64,000 bases of DNA, taken from Octopus sinensis (taxonomy: Eukaryota). Below the pieces are notes generated by a model. The model was not told the DNA's origin. It worked only from the letters and a program-made list of their open reading frames with translations, and did no database searches. How positions within the stretch are numbered: position 1 is the first letter of the stretch; each line of letters begins with the position of its first letter. The position numbers were made by a program, and so were the translations under genes. This document shows positions 26,464 to 40,192 of the stretch, one piece after another. Location: contig NC_043012.1 of the NCBI RefSeq assembly GCF_006345805.1, forward strand, positions 2,046,001-2,110,000. Direction: 5' to 3'.

Positions 26464-28150
26464 TGGGGAGAGAGAGTGAGGGAGAGGGACGGACGGACGG
26501 ATATGGAGAACAAAAAAAAAACTGGTAAAACGTGATAACATGGTTGATGGGCTCCTACCACTACAGCTAACTTTAACTAGGAGACAGAACAACAACGGGA
26601 CAGACAGGGCGTGAATTGAAACCCTAGTAGATAGTTTAAGACTGATATGTATCACAACTATAGTTGTTTCTAGGTCCAGGTTAGCCCCGATTCAGACTCT
26701 AAATGAAATCTCAGCTGTTACAATCGTCCTTTTCGTCCAGAAAGTGTATCTACCTAGACTAATATGTCTAAGACTAATATATATCACAAATATAGTTGTT
26801 TCTAGGTCCAGGTTAGCCCCGATCCAGACTCTAAATGAAATCTCAGCTGTTACTACAATCGTCCTTTTCGTCCAGAAAGTGTATCTATCTATCTAGACCG
26901 ATATAGTGCGATTTGAGGGGGATATGGGCTATTGTTTCTAATACGTAGAGCAACCAGAGATTCCCTTGTCGGGTTGATACAAACGTTTTTTGTTTTTTTC
27001 TTTTCAATAGATCTTTGTGACCGTTGTAAATGAATTCAGAATAACCAGCCAACTGGACGTGGCAAATAATGCATTATATAAATAAGAAAATTTCACACCT
27101 TGCATATTGTTTACTAAGAATTAAAACCTGTGTAACAAGAAGCCACTATCATTTTTTTTTATCTTAGGTGTTAACGAGACTTGTGTTGTTTGCAGCTGCG
27201 CTTAAACGCGCACACATACACATTATTAAATGGCGATCTTTCGAACTTGTGTGTACAAAATGGGGGACAAAAGTAAAACAAGGTGCATCAAAGAAAAGCA
27301 AAAGGCTAAACAAATGATCGTCAACAATCGACATTGTGTAAAAAAAACACAACTTTACTATTTCGCGTAATTATGATATTTTAGTTTAATAATTATAATT
27401 ATAATAATAATAATAATAAACCAGACGCAGCTATACAATATCGATTAACAATCATTTGTTTACTTTCACTTTACTACAGTGGATTGCTCCACTTTATCCA
27501 CCATCTTAAATGTGCAAATTTCGAAAGACGGTACCTTCACACGCTCGTGCGTGCGCGTGAAAGACGGGGTTAAAAAGCAGATGTAAAAACCCCTTATTTT
27601 ATTGAGAAAGTGTTCAAGCTTCTTAAGTTTAGATGTATAGATAGAAAAGTTTGTGATGGATCGGACAGAGTCCTTCCTTCGACACTGAACGAAAAAAAAA
27701 ATGTAATTGGTAATTTATCACCAGCTCTGTCATGAGCGGCCTGCGCGCCGACGAAAACTCACATTTAATTACTTTTCTGTTGTTTTTTTTGGGGGGGGGG
27801 GGGATACGGTCCGCCTGATGAGTTCTGTTTCAAGCGGTCCGTTTCTCGTCCTACACCTAGCCTTAAGCTCAAGAGAGCGTAGAAATGGGTGAAAAATGAG
27901 AGGAAATCGCAAAAATTACTTGTTGCGCATGCGTTGGATTGAAAGCTATCGCAAAGAAAGAAAAAAAAAGAGAAATAAAAAGGAATCTGGGAGCGAAAGA
28001 TGTAGAAAGGTAGAAAGTGGAATAAGGAAGAGAATGAATGGGAAGATAAGAATGATAGAAAGGAATAATTACTAGAATGCAACGAGCGAGGTGGATGTGC
28101 GGACGAAATAACAGTGGTTTACAGTTTCTTAGCAATATTATCTACACATA
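25250..28150. promoter_or_regulatory. CpG-rich promoter-like block inside BAZ1B intron 2
   Basis: Visibly many CG dinucleotides. NRF1-like TGCGCACGCGCG (minus, 25779-25790) and TGCGCATGCG (27924-27933), GA/CA tracts, and orphan minus-strand donors. Function not shown. Confidence 0.4.
26641..26900. repeat. Tandem duplication, ~132-bp unit x2
   Basis: TATAGTTGTTTCTAGGTCCAGGTTAGCCCCGAT..GAAAGTGTATCTA occurs twice (starts 26641 and 26773). Confidence 0.95.
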
Positions 28151-28344
28151 GGTCTGCACATACAAACACGAAATCTGACTGCTGGATAGAAAAAAAAAAG
28201 TTCCTACATTGTCACATATCAGTAAAATACACATACACTGTTGAATCCGCTTAAATATGAACACTCAGCGACTAAGTCTTATCGATAACAATAAGGGTTT
28301 GATAATATTATCCATGGTTATAAACAGCACCTGCTGTGTATATT

Positions 28345-28376
<32 letters not shown>

Positions 28377-28866
28377 GTATATAATCTTTTACTTGTTTCG
28401 GTCACTTGACTGCAGTCGTGCAGGAGCTCCGCCCTGAAAGGTTTTAGTCGAACAAATTGACCCCAGGTCTTGTTTTAAAAGCCTGGTACTTATTCTATTG
28501 GTCCCTTTGCCGAACCGCTAAGTTACGGGGACGTAAACACACCTATATATCTCATTGCTTATTATGTTCAACTCCCGTCTGTCCAAATTTGGCCAAATGC
28601 GTTTTTTTTCTTTCCAATATTCATTTTTGCTTGCAATAGCCAGTTCTTAGGTCAAACTATCGTATCTCCAGCTGCTTCGGATGCCAAGATATCAAAAATC
28701 GTCAAAGTGTAGTACAACGGCTCTGCTATGGAAGGGTGAAACTATTTTTTTCGTTTTCTGAAAAAGCAACGTTTTGGACTTATGACACTTTTGCACGAGT
28801 GAGTGTACAAACGAAAGAAGGGCACCCAACAAATTTATCGGGGTGTTACGTGTACGGATCACAATA

Positions 28867-28993
28867 GTTTGATTCAAATTTGTTGGTACTCGAGTTTCAA
28901 GCGTGATGCTAGTCGTCAGCCATTTTGAATTCAAAATGGCAGACGACTAGCATCACGCTTGAAACTAAGAGTATCAACGAATTTGAATCAAAC
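28867..28993. repeat. ~127-bp spacerless imperfect palindrome centred on GAATTC
   Basis: ...GCTAGTCGTCAGCCATTTTGAA|TTCAAAATGGCAGACGACTAGC...; arms of 63 and 64 bp. Confidence 0.95.
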
Positions 28994-29724
28994 TGCGTGT
29001 TGTGTTCTTGAACAAGACACTTTATTTCACGTTGCCCCAGTCCACTCAGCTGTAGAAATGAGTTGCGACGTCACATGTGCCAAGCTGTATCGGCCCCTTT
29101 GCATTTCCCTTGGATAACACTGGTGACGTGGAGAGGGGAGGCCGGTATGCATGGGCGACTGCTGGTCTTCTATAGACAACCTTGCCCGGACTTGTGCCTG
29201 GGAGGGTAACTTTCTAGGTGCAATCCCATGGTCAGTCATGACCGAAGGTGGTCTCAAAATATATGTGCGAGTGTATATACATAAATATATATATAATTTA
29301 ATAGACTATGTTTTTATGTGCTAAAGTTTTAGTTTGTTATGGTATACGGTTTGTACCTGATGATTATGTTTGAGGTATTTCTCAACAAATGAAACTTAGT
29401 ATCACATAAACACATGTATTGTGTCTATTAGATAATATTTATCTCTTACAAGATGGAGTGTTTTTTTTTATCTAACCATCACAGAACACTACATGTGCGT
29501 GTGTGTGTATAGGGCCACATCTAGAAATACATACACACATGTGCATGAATAACATGTAAATACAGTTGAGAGAAGAGTGTATTAAAGAGGAATAATGCTC
29601 ATATTGTCTCCTAGAGTGTGATGTCATGTGATTTATAAAAATAGGGGGCATTGAGGTGTTAACAGGGTGATCAGGTGTGCTGAAATGGTGCGCTACCATT
29701 TGATCCAAAGTGCTTTTATTTATT

Positions 29725-29780
<56 letters not shown>

Positions 29781-29783
<3 letters not shown>

Positions 29784-30179
29784 TCTTTTACTTGTTTCAG
29801 TCATTTGACTGCGGCCATGCTGGAGCACCGCCTTTAGTCGAGCAAATCGACCCCGGGACTTATTCTTTGTAAGCCCAGTACTTATTCTATCGGTCTCTTT
29901 TGCCGAACCGCTAAGTAACGGGGACGTAAACACACCAGCATCGGTTATCAAGCAATGCTAGGGGGACAAACACAGACACACAAACACACACATGCATATA
30001 TATATATACATACATACGACAGGCTTCTTTCAGTTTCCGTCTACCAAATCCACTCACAAGGATTTGGTTGGCCCGAGTCTATAGTAGAAGACACTTGCCC
30101 AAGGTGCCACGCAGTGGAACTGAACCCAGAACCATGTGGTTAGTAGGCAAGCTACTTACCACACAGCCACTCCTACGCC
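29781..30179 (-). mobile_element. tRNA-derived SINE (family A), full length
   Basis: Reverse complement of 55756-56160 (A-box TGGCTGTGTGG, B-box-like GGTTCAGTTCC, internal microsatellite, ACAAGTAAAAGAGTA tail). Confidence 0.85.
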
Positions 30180-31423
30180 TATGTATATATATAATCTGTC
30201 ACTTGTTTCAGTCATAAGACTACGGCCATGCTGGGGCACCGCCTTGAATTTTTAGTCGAATGAATCGACCGCAGTACTTATCTTTTATCCTAAGTGTTAA
30301 CGAGACTGTCTTGTTTGCAGTTGCGCTTAAACGCGCGCCGGCACAAGCAATACCACATTATTAAAAGAGAGTATTAAGAGCCCTCGGACATAACTGTTTG
30401 CCAGGCCCCTCGGGCAATGCTCGACTGACCGACGTTTCGACCGGCCCCTGTTAGCATGAGATAACTAGGCAGTCAGTATTCCACAGCTGAATGCCCTTCC
30501 TGACATCAAACCTTTATTTGCTTTCTTTGACGCAATATACTTTATTCCATCTGCTGAGCTGCAGGAAAAACGTTACCACAGCATGAAACGATATCATTAT
30601 AAAGTCATGTGGAGACACAAACACACACACACACTTACACATGGCAGTATATATATGTACGTGTGTCTCCTTATCTTAACATCGCGTGATAAGTTCCTTC
30701 CAATCTTCTGTGAAAACATATCAGGTCGCGGGGGAAAATATTATATTGCTTGGAAACAAGTGAAGTTTGACGACAGAGAGCATCCGGCCGTAGAAAATCT
30801 GCTTCGCAGAATCCCTCCTAACCTATGCAAATTTAGAAAAAGTACACGTTAAGACGACGACGGTGGTGATATAAACTTAGAAGTTGTCCTTTAACAACAT
30901 GATCAGATGTTAAGACACTTGTCCCTGAGGAGAAGTCTTAATTTGTCCGTGTAAGACACTTAACATCAAGTAGCCTTACTCTGTATCATTTGAGCTCTAT
31001 TTTATCAAGGATAACTACATCCACTTCATTATACAAACATACATACAGACAGACACAAAATATATAGAATACGTATTCACACACTAGAACTTTTGCAAGA
31101 AACTAGTCCATGCGTTTGTTAAGTCTAAGTAACACTTGCTAAAGTCATTCACACAAACACAAAAATAATCAGTTCTAGAAGAATTGGGTTAGCTGTTGTA
31201 ATTGAGGGTATATACAGAGAGAGAGAGAAAGGGTGAGAGTCAGAGAGACTATATAGGGCAAGGGAGGGAGGAGATAAAAACAGCTGAAGATAGGGGAAAA
31301 AATGAAAGGAAGCAAGACATTCTTATTTGTCTCACTAAATACAAGCTGTCTCATAGTTTTTTCCCCTTCCTTGAAGGACCGGTGCAGAAAGCAGCGGCAA
31401 CAATATATAAATATAAATATATG

Positions 31424-31470
<47 letters not shown>

Positions 31471-31591
31471 CTAAGTAATTAGGGGTTTAGCAACGATTTG
31501 CCTCACTACACACCGAATTTAGAAATAGCAGTCAAAGAGTTTTGGCTATTCTTTCTACTTAAAAGGGAGATCCCAGTAAAACCACACCACT

Positions 31592-31647
<56 letters not shown>

Positions 31648-33795
31648 AAGCAGTCGAGATGGATAGATAAATGTAACTATTAAGGGTGGAAGACATAGCA
31701 TCCATAAAGAAAATTAACTACGCAAAAATGTTTAGTGATTAGTGTATGTGGACCAAAGAGAAAAGACAGAAAATTTTTTTTTAATGTGGTAGGAATAAGG
31801 TGATGGGAAGATCAATTTGAAAAGAGATGTAAGATGGGAATATAGAAAACAAAGGGGAACTGTTTAAAATAAGGAAAATAACAATATATATATATGGGGC
31901 CAACATTTAGTAGAAAAGACAAAGGATTTAACGCGGTGAAAGATAAAAGGATTCTTGAGTTGGAAGAAAAATGTAAATAAAAAATAAAATATGCCTGTAA
32001 TAGGGATCAAATAAATGGAAGGGTGGCGAGGACAGTGTACTTCCGTCCGCACCCTTTATGTGATCGCATGAGGATGGAGTCGTTAGATTTGCTAGAGATA
32101 ACAGCCAAATCTCCCTCGAAATTATACTCCTACTCCCTCTTGAAGAACACAAGTATACACAAGGATAATGCCGGTCTAGATACGCAATTCACAAAGGAAT
32201 GACGAGATGGTCACGGCAGGCGGGGTTTTTATTCTATCTTATTTTTATCGATAGGACTTCAGTCAAAACAAAGAGATGTGCAAAAGGAATAATTTAAGTG
32301 GATGGTGATGATGATGACGACCAAGAAAGACGGGTGGAGAAGTAGTGAACGGATAGATGGGTTGAGGTGATGGGACAGGAAGGATGGTGGACTTAGTGCA
32401 GAGGGAAAACGGTCGGTTGTGTGTGTGTGTGTGGTGTGTCTGTCGTTTGTTTGCCCAGACAGGAAACCAGTCAACAAGGTCAGTCAGCCATATCAAGAAC
32501 CGTCCGTGTGTCCCAGACTGCAATAACAAACCGATGAAGGATGGGACACAGTAGGTGTTAATATTGATGGGAATAGAGATTATATCATAAGCTTAAATAA
32601 AAACCATTAGTGGTGTCAACGAGGGAGCTTTTTTACGTGGTCGCTCAACACGCAACAAAATAGCAGCTAAACCCCAACTCAAAACACAAGAGACAAGCTT
32701 AACAAAAAAAAAAAAAAAGACATCGGACACGGTTGAGTTAGATATTCAGCGATTGAAATGTTTCAAAGTGGGATGGTTACGGCTGGAATTTCTTAGATCA
32801 TATACATCTCGATCAGGTTGGACGTGCACACAAACAAAATCATCATCATCATCGTAGTCATCATGCCATCTGCATTTTGATTTCCGGTCGAAGCCGTTTC
32901 GCTCTTCTCCTTAGCGGGAAGGATTGCAGATGTGATTGATCGAACCGCTAACTATAGCAATTAAATCCCGCTTAATTCACACACTCGCATCTTTAAATGG
33001 AGACGACATTAGATAACACAGTCTGACGTTTACTATTCTTGAAAATAAGAAAATAATTCGGGATGGTCATGAATAGAACGCCTTTAATCAAAGGTTTTGC
33101 TCGACAACAGCTGACCTGAGGTTTGAAAACAATGCTTTTAAGAAAGGCATCGACTTCATTTCCAACCCCTTCCCTTACAATTGCGAAACCTTCCTTTGTT
33201 ATTGTTTAGCCCCAGGTCAGCGATGACTGAGCAGAGCTATGAACAAAAGGCGAACGAATCATGATCCTCCGATCATTGTTTTCTACACTACATTATCCAA
33301 TGTGTCCCTTTTTCCCCCTTCTAAGATGACAGCAAAATGTCATTTGGGAAAGAAACGGTTTCCATTTCTGGCAAGTCGAACGACTGCTAAAGTGCAAATG
33401 TCAACGACCCGGTTTCGATTTCAATTGAAAGCCATTATTATTTCACTTCCTTCCACGCCTCTGACAAAACACGAATGTCACAAGCACTCTTTACATCGGA
33501 TATACTGAATAACAGTTGTTCTTTTTAACCCTGGTTCAAAAGCATTCCAATCATGATCATCCAGTCGTTTTAGGGGGTGCGGTGCATGTACTTTCATATG
33601 CAAGGTGGTAGTATGGTGTACTATGGGAGGTTTGATTGCCATTTCTAGCAGATCGCGCGACCATGTAAAGGCTCCCTTGCTGGTGTGGTGAACAATAGTC
33701 ATTTCTAGACCCAGTTTGTTTTCGGTTCCTACCCAAATGAATTTTCGTGTAAAGAAACGTACAAGTTACAGTATTAAACAGTTATACACGCACAC

Positions 33796-33850
<55 letters not shown>

Positions 33851-34682
33851 GACGAATAGTACAGGGTCGAGTCATTCTGGCTGCTGGAAATAGAAGCAAA
33901 ATATTACTGCTTTAAGAAATGAAATTACATAATGAATGCAATATGTCGAGAAGGAGAAAAAAGCTTTAGAAATAATCTTTTCACACAGGGCTGACCACGG
34001 GCTAAAAATAAGGAGGTGGTGATGTCATACCTCTTACGTGCAATGCCTTTTTTCATATACCGACACCAGAACTTCATTGAGGGGCAAATACACGCGCTTC
34101 GATATTAAGCTTCAATTAATAAAAACCGAAAGAGGTTTAGTAAAGTTAATTTACCATTAAACATGGCAGAAGCGCACCCAAAAATTCAATCTTTAGTAAT
34201 TCAGCAGCAGTAACAATCTACCTATATAGGGTCTGAAGTTGAAACTAACCCCTTTCTTTCTTAACATTAGGTCATAGGGAGAGAGGCACAACCTAAACAG
34301 CTTTATAGTCGAGATATTACAAGGCCTAGTTTGGTAGTGCTGGGGGATACGAATGAGCGAGACTAGTTAATGACACCTGAACTAAAATATCTTACAGTCA
34401 CAGTATATGACTGGTATTCCGTTTATCAAACGTCTGTGGAAATGAAAGAGGAGAAGATGAACGACAAAGCCTACTCGTCCCTCCACATTTAATGAGAAGT
34501 CTCATCAAGTGTGGATAGAATTAGCCACCCTGAGATAAAATGTTATAACAGAAAAAAATGTAACGCTTTGTATTCATTATGTAAGTGCGTATATCATTAC
34601 GGACACACACACACATACTATATATGTATATATATATATTGTAAGTAATAAGGCACTAAAAGAGAATGACTCTCCCCAGACA

Positions 34683-34724
<42 letters not shown>

Positions 34725-34964
34725 ACGAAAGTAAAGAATATGTACACCCAGTGTTTGGGGTTGGGTTAGGGTTTTTGTTACGCCGAAGACGAGTGGGGTG
34801 CATATTCTTTACCTCCGCCTATATACGTGTGTGTGTGTGTGTGTGTGTATGTGTGTGTGTGTGTGTGTGTGTGTTCAAATTCATATATATATTTATTATG
34901 TATGTGTACCTATGTAACTGTCTAAATAAATACGTTCGCTGGTGTTTGCATATGTGTATGTATG

Positions 34965-34995
<31 letters not shown>

Positions 34996-35458
34996 ATATA
35001 TGGGCTTTAAGGTGTGCGTGCGCCTGCTCCTGCATATGTTTAAATGCGTGTCTGTGTTACACGCTGACATGTGCGCGTAAGAGTACACGTGCCCTTGCGC
35101 GCGCACGAGTATATCTATACAGGCCTGCATACATTTACATGCGTATGTATACACAGACGCACAGAGGGTTGGCGGGTTTCGCCAGTAGATATATATTGCA
35201 AAACGAGGAAGATATAGTTTTTAATATTAATAGGGGGGGGGGAATCAACTATAATTTATTAAAATAATCATCGAGTCTATATGCATATTTGCATATATAC
35301 GTGTTTATATATGCATATGTACAATAATCCCTCACCATATTGCGGTTCGTCTATCGCGTACTCAGTACATCGCGGGTTTCTGCAGCCGATAGATATTTAT
35401 ATTTTTTAGATTTTAATTATTTCTGTGGAAGGTTTTGGAACGTATCATATATATATAT

Positions 35459-35508
<50 letters not shown>

Positions 35509-35567
35509 GAAAGAAAACTTCGAATGACCCGTCCGTGTTTTTTCTTGCCCCATTTCTTTGTATTTCT

Positions 35568-35622
<55 letters not shown>

Positions 35623-36316
35623 TTTAATCGGCAGAAACATACGGAAGTGACTCAACGGCGCAGTTTCGTGCATGGTACTTTATCAAACTGACTTCAAAGC
35701 TAGAAGCTTGCCTCTTCTATATACGCATAGCGAATTGTAATTATTTCTGGAGTGTTCATTTAAAAATTAAAACTGGAGGGTCACGTTAAAATGCACATCT
35801 TTCAAATTATTCTGCCATTTAAATAGGACCTTGAGTCAATTCTGCCGATTAAAAAATAATATATGTATGTATGTATTGGGTACTGTTTGTGTTCTAACAA
35901 CTGTATACACATACATGTATGTGTGTACGCGCGCGTGTGAATGTAAATATGCATATATGAATTTAGGAAGGGCATCCAGCCGTAGAAACACTGCCAGATC
36001 AGACTGGGCCTGATGCAGCCTTCTGGCTTCACAGACCCCAGTTGAACCGTCCAACCCATGCTAGCATGGAAAGCGGACGCTAAATGATGATGATGATGAT
36101 GATTATGCACACACACAATATAAACCGTAGCACCGTCAACCATCTGTTAGTAAATAATCATGGATTGAATTACTATTTTATTCTGAAGGTCTGGCGTTTC
36201 AATGTTATGCAATCGCCCACGCAATGATTATCACAACATACTCGTATTCGCTAGAGAAATACGTGTAAGGATAGTGTAAAAAAAATAGACTCTCCTTTTT
36301 CATTCTACTCTTCAGT

Positions 36317-36363
<47 letters not shown>

Positions 36364-37399
36364 GCTGCTAGTAGATTGAGAGGGCAAACAGAAAAAGCAT
36401 TTTGGGTGTCTCTGGAGCAAGCAGGAGGAATTGAGCTAGAAACCAGGTGAAGATGAGTAGTGACTGGTCATCCTGTCAGCCCACCAACCTGAGGACATTG
36501 TGGATTAGGGACGAAAACGCTTGATAAGTTGTATACCACCCTATGACTTCCTTTGGCTGAAATGAAGCTGCTAGCATTTCAAGTAGATGTATCTAACAGT
36601 AAATCCCCTGGAAAGCCAGTGATTTCCAGGAAAGAGGTCAAGAGCGGATGAGGCTAACAAGGAAGGGCATCCACCTGTAGAAACCTTGCCAGATCAGATT
36701 GGAGCCTGGTGCAGTCTCCTGGCATGCCAGTCCTCAGTCAAACCGTCCAATCCATGCCGGCATGGAAAGCGGACGTTAAACGATGATGATGATGGAGTAA
36801 CATGGCTTACTCAAATAACACTCAAAGGGGATGTGTTGAAAAGACACACTGATCCAGGATAAGTGTGGAGTGGGGGAAAGCAGATGAGATACAGAGTGGA
36901 GACACCTTGTGAGATGCAGGATTTCCGTCAGTAATCATCCCACAGCAGTGGAGGCTTTTTGGTAGCTGTTTCACAGTAATGCCACAGAAAAGACAGTCCT
37001 AATGCTATCCCAGACACCCAACTTGAAAGGAGAGTGAAAAGACCCCTTCCCCAGCAAATGACATCACAGCACAGAGCAAACTAGACCAGGACCATGACAG
37101 GATTATAGAGGCCAGATTAGCAGCAATTGTTGAAAATAGAATAAAAAGACTTAACAATGATTGTCTCCATCATTCCAAGAAATGCTTTGGCACTGAGAAG
37201 AGGACAGTACCTGAACACCTAGAAAATAGCTCACCAAGAGAGACAGAATTTAAGCCTAAGAGAGAAATTCAGCTTCTCAATATGCAATGCATAAGAGAAA
37301 GGCACAAAAAACTTGACTAGAAAGATTTGAGATTGAGGAAGGAGGAGGTTTAGCAAGTTCAGTTTATACAGGATTCTTACAAGTTTAACTAAAATCTGT

Positions 37400-38190
37400 T
37401 GATCAGCTCTAAGAAAGTTGTGGAAGAATTCCTCAAAAGAGTTACAGTGACTTTCTTAAGGAACAAGCATTAGCTGGACATCTGAAGGTCAACAGAGGAG
37501 CACCCAAAAATCTTAATACTAGGAAACTTAGATGGAAAGAAATCCAAGTCGATGTCCAAAAAGCTTGATCAGGATCCACCAGATGATATACTTTGAAAAA
37601 TATATAAGAAATGCTTAATACTTTTGTAGGGACAATGGGCAAAAGTTACCACCTTATTATCCTGGAAAAGAGCTGAGAGTTGTTTTCTAATCTCTGAGAT
37701 TAGCCATTTTGAACCATTTCTCTTTTGAGACTTGAATGCAAAATGTTCTCAGTCCTAACCAAGAGGATGATGATCCACATATTGAGGAATAAATATACTT
37801 CTCTGGATGTTTGGAACATACAGGTCTACTCAACTAATCTGGGAGTCCAAAAAGAAAAAAAGGCAATCAAACATAGAAATTCAAGGATGAAAAGGTCAGA
37901 GATGCAGACAGCCACAAGATCAGGATGCAAGGGGATAACTGAGAAAGCAGTGGAACAGGCAGAGAGCATGCTGAGGTTGTAGGACATCATCACAAATGCA
38001 CATGGAGACAAGGACTCAGAACCACCTACTTATTGCAATGATGGAAAACAAACTCAAGGCAAAAAACAAGGAAAAAGAAATCCAAGTTGGGGTAAGACAC
38101 AAAGAGGGTTCTGAAATACAGATCTTGGGAGGCCTCAAAAAAGTAGGTCCTGCCAAAGTTTTTCAGGTAAGGTCTTTATCATTCCATTTT
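37400..38190 (+). mobile_element. Highly degraded non-LTR retrotransposon fragment (possibly HERO/R2-superfamily-like)
   Basis: RSGCKGITEKAVEQAESMLRL*DII resembles a recalled RTGRKWxAxxAVxQAESRLRHxDIVG motif. Stops and frameshifts; boundaries approximate. Confidence 0.35.
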
Positions 38191-38289
38191 GCCTCATGTT
38201 GAAGGCTTAAAATATGGAACATTTGCTAACAGAATAATATAAACAAAAACACAAATCCATCCTAGAAATGGCTTTTCTCTCTAACTTCC

Positions 38290-38460
38290 TGCCTCTGGGC
38301 TCCACTCATCTCCATAGCTTCCTATCTGATCACACCATCATGGTGAGTGTTGACAGAGTTCTTTCTGCCTCATTTGCAGTTGACTCTGGTGTTCCCCAGG
38401 ATTTGGTTTTGTTCCTGCCACTCTCTACTTTCTATACATCAATGACACACTTGTCTTTTC
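38290..38460 (+). mobile_element. Degraded LINE reverse-transcriptase fragment
   Basis: LHSFLSDHTIMVSVDRVLSASFAVDSGVPQ, followed by a frameshifted YIND-like motif. Confidence 0.65.
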
Positions 38461-39266
38461 TTGAATGGCATCTCAACTTTGAGGAAGTCATGAGATTACT
38501 TCCCCTTCTCATTTGTTGTCGGCACCACTTGCCACTAAGCCATTGATTTACCCTCTCTGGAAGTGGAGACAATTTCAATAAATTAGGAATTTATCTGGTG
38601 CATAGTTATTTAATGTGTTCTTATTCATCTTTGAATACTCTGAGTTATTTTTCTTAGCTCATTTTCAATACACACATGTGTGTGTGTGTGTGTGTGGTAA
38701 GAAGTTTTGCTTCCCATCCACATGGTTCCAGCTTCAGTTCCATTGCTTGACACCAAGGACAAATGACTACCATAGCCCCAGGCCAATCAAAGCCTTGTGA
38801 GTGGGCTCCATTTTCCACACCCTACTCTTCTTTTTCTGTCATGCAAGTTACATGGCAACCTCTCTAATGATGGCAGCAAACCCAAAAAAAAAGCACCCAG
38901 AATAGACTGTAAATTGGCTGGAATTAAGAAGGGCATCCAGTCATAGAAACTGTGCCAAAGTCGACAATGGGGTTCAGTGCAACCCTGCATCCTGTCAAAC
39001 TGTCCAGTGCATGCTAGCATGAAAAACAAACATCAAATGAAGATGACAAACCCTTATTTTTCAAAGAGGCTTTTATTCCATATCTTTGAAAGGACTGGGT
39101 TATGGAATGATTACCTAACAGTCAATCTCAATCTAACATGACAGTTTTAGCAACACTGGTTTTATATAAAGACATCACAGAATGTAAACATTCAAACAAA
39201 TGGATACACACGTGCATGTATATATATATATATAGCGCAGAAAACGGACGTTCAACAATGATGATG

Positions 39267-39307
<41 letters not shown>

Positions 39308-39352
39308 GATATGTGTGTGTGTGTGTGTGTGTGCATATATATATATATACAC

Positions 39353-39411
<59 letters not shown>

Positions 39412-40142
39412 AATACATACATACACACACATAAACATTTAACGTCTCTTTTCCATGCTGGCATGGGTTAGACGGTTTGACTGGAACTGGTAAGCCAGAT
39501 AGCTGCACCAGGCTCCAGTCTATTTTGGCTTATGGGTCTCTACAGCTGGATGCGCTTCCTAGTGATTAATCACTTAACAGAGCGTACTGTGTTTTTATGC
39601 AACACTGGCATGGGTACTTTTATGTGGCACTGGTACAAGTGCTTTTCACGTGGTGCAAGCCAAGCACTTCACAGAGTGTACTGGGCATCATTTATGTATC
39701 ACCAGTAATGTTTATATCAAAAGCTGCGTTTTGCCGTGAGCTGAGCTGTTCATGACTCAACTTTTGATAAAATTAACTAACCAACATATAGCTTAACATA
39801 CTTTACAAGTCTTACATCACAAGCTGAAACATATCTTTAACCCTTTGCCCATATCAGTTATTGGAATGTGACCATGCTGGGGTATTAACCAAGTAGAGTT
39901 CCATTGAATAAATCAACCGCAGCATTTATTTTTGGAGTCTCATACTTATTGCATTGGTTTCTTATGGTGAACCTAAGTTATATACATGTACATGGCAAGC
40001 TTCTTTAAGTTTCTGTCTACTAAGTCCACTCCCAAGGCTTTGGTCAGCCTAGAGGAATAGTAGAAGACATTTTTTCACGGTGCCATGCAATGGAATTCAA
40101 CCTGGAAGCAATTGGTAGCAAATCAACCATCTTCACCACACA

Positions 40143-40145
<3 letters not shown>

Positions 40146-40192
<47 letters not shown>

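Noticed and set aside
30380-30480. GACGTTTCG motif reminiscent of Penelope-like element ends
   Set aside because: A single short motif with no ORF or repeat structure.
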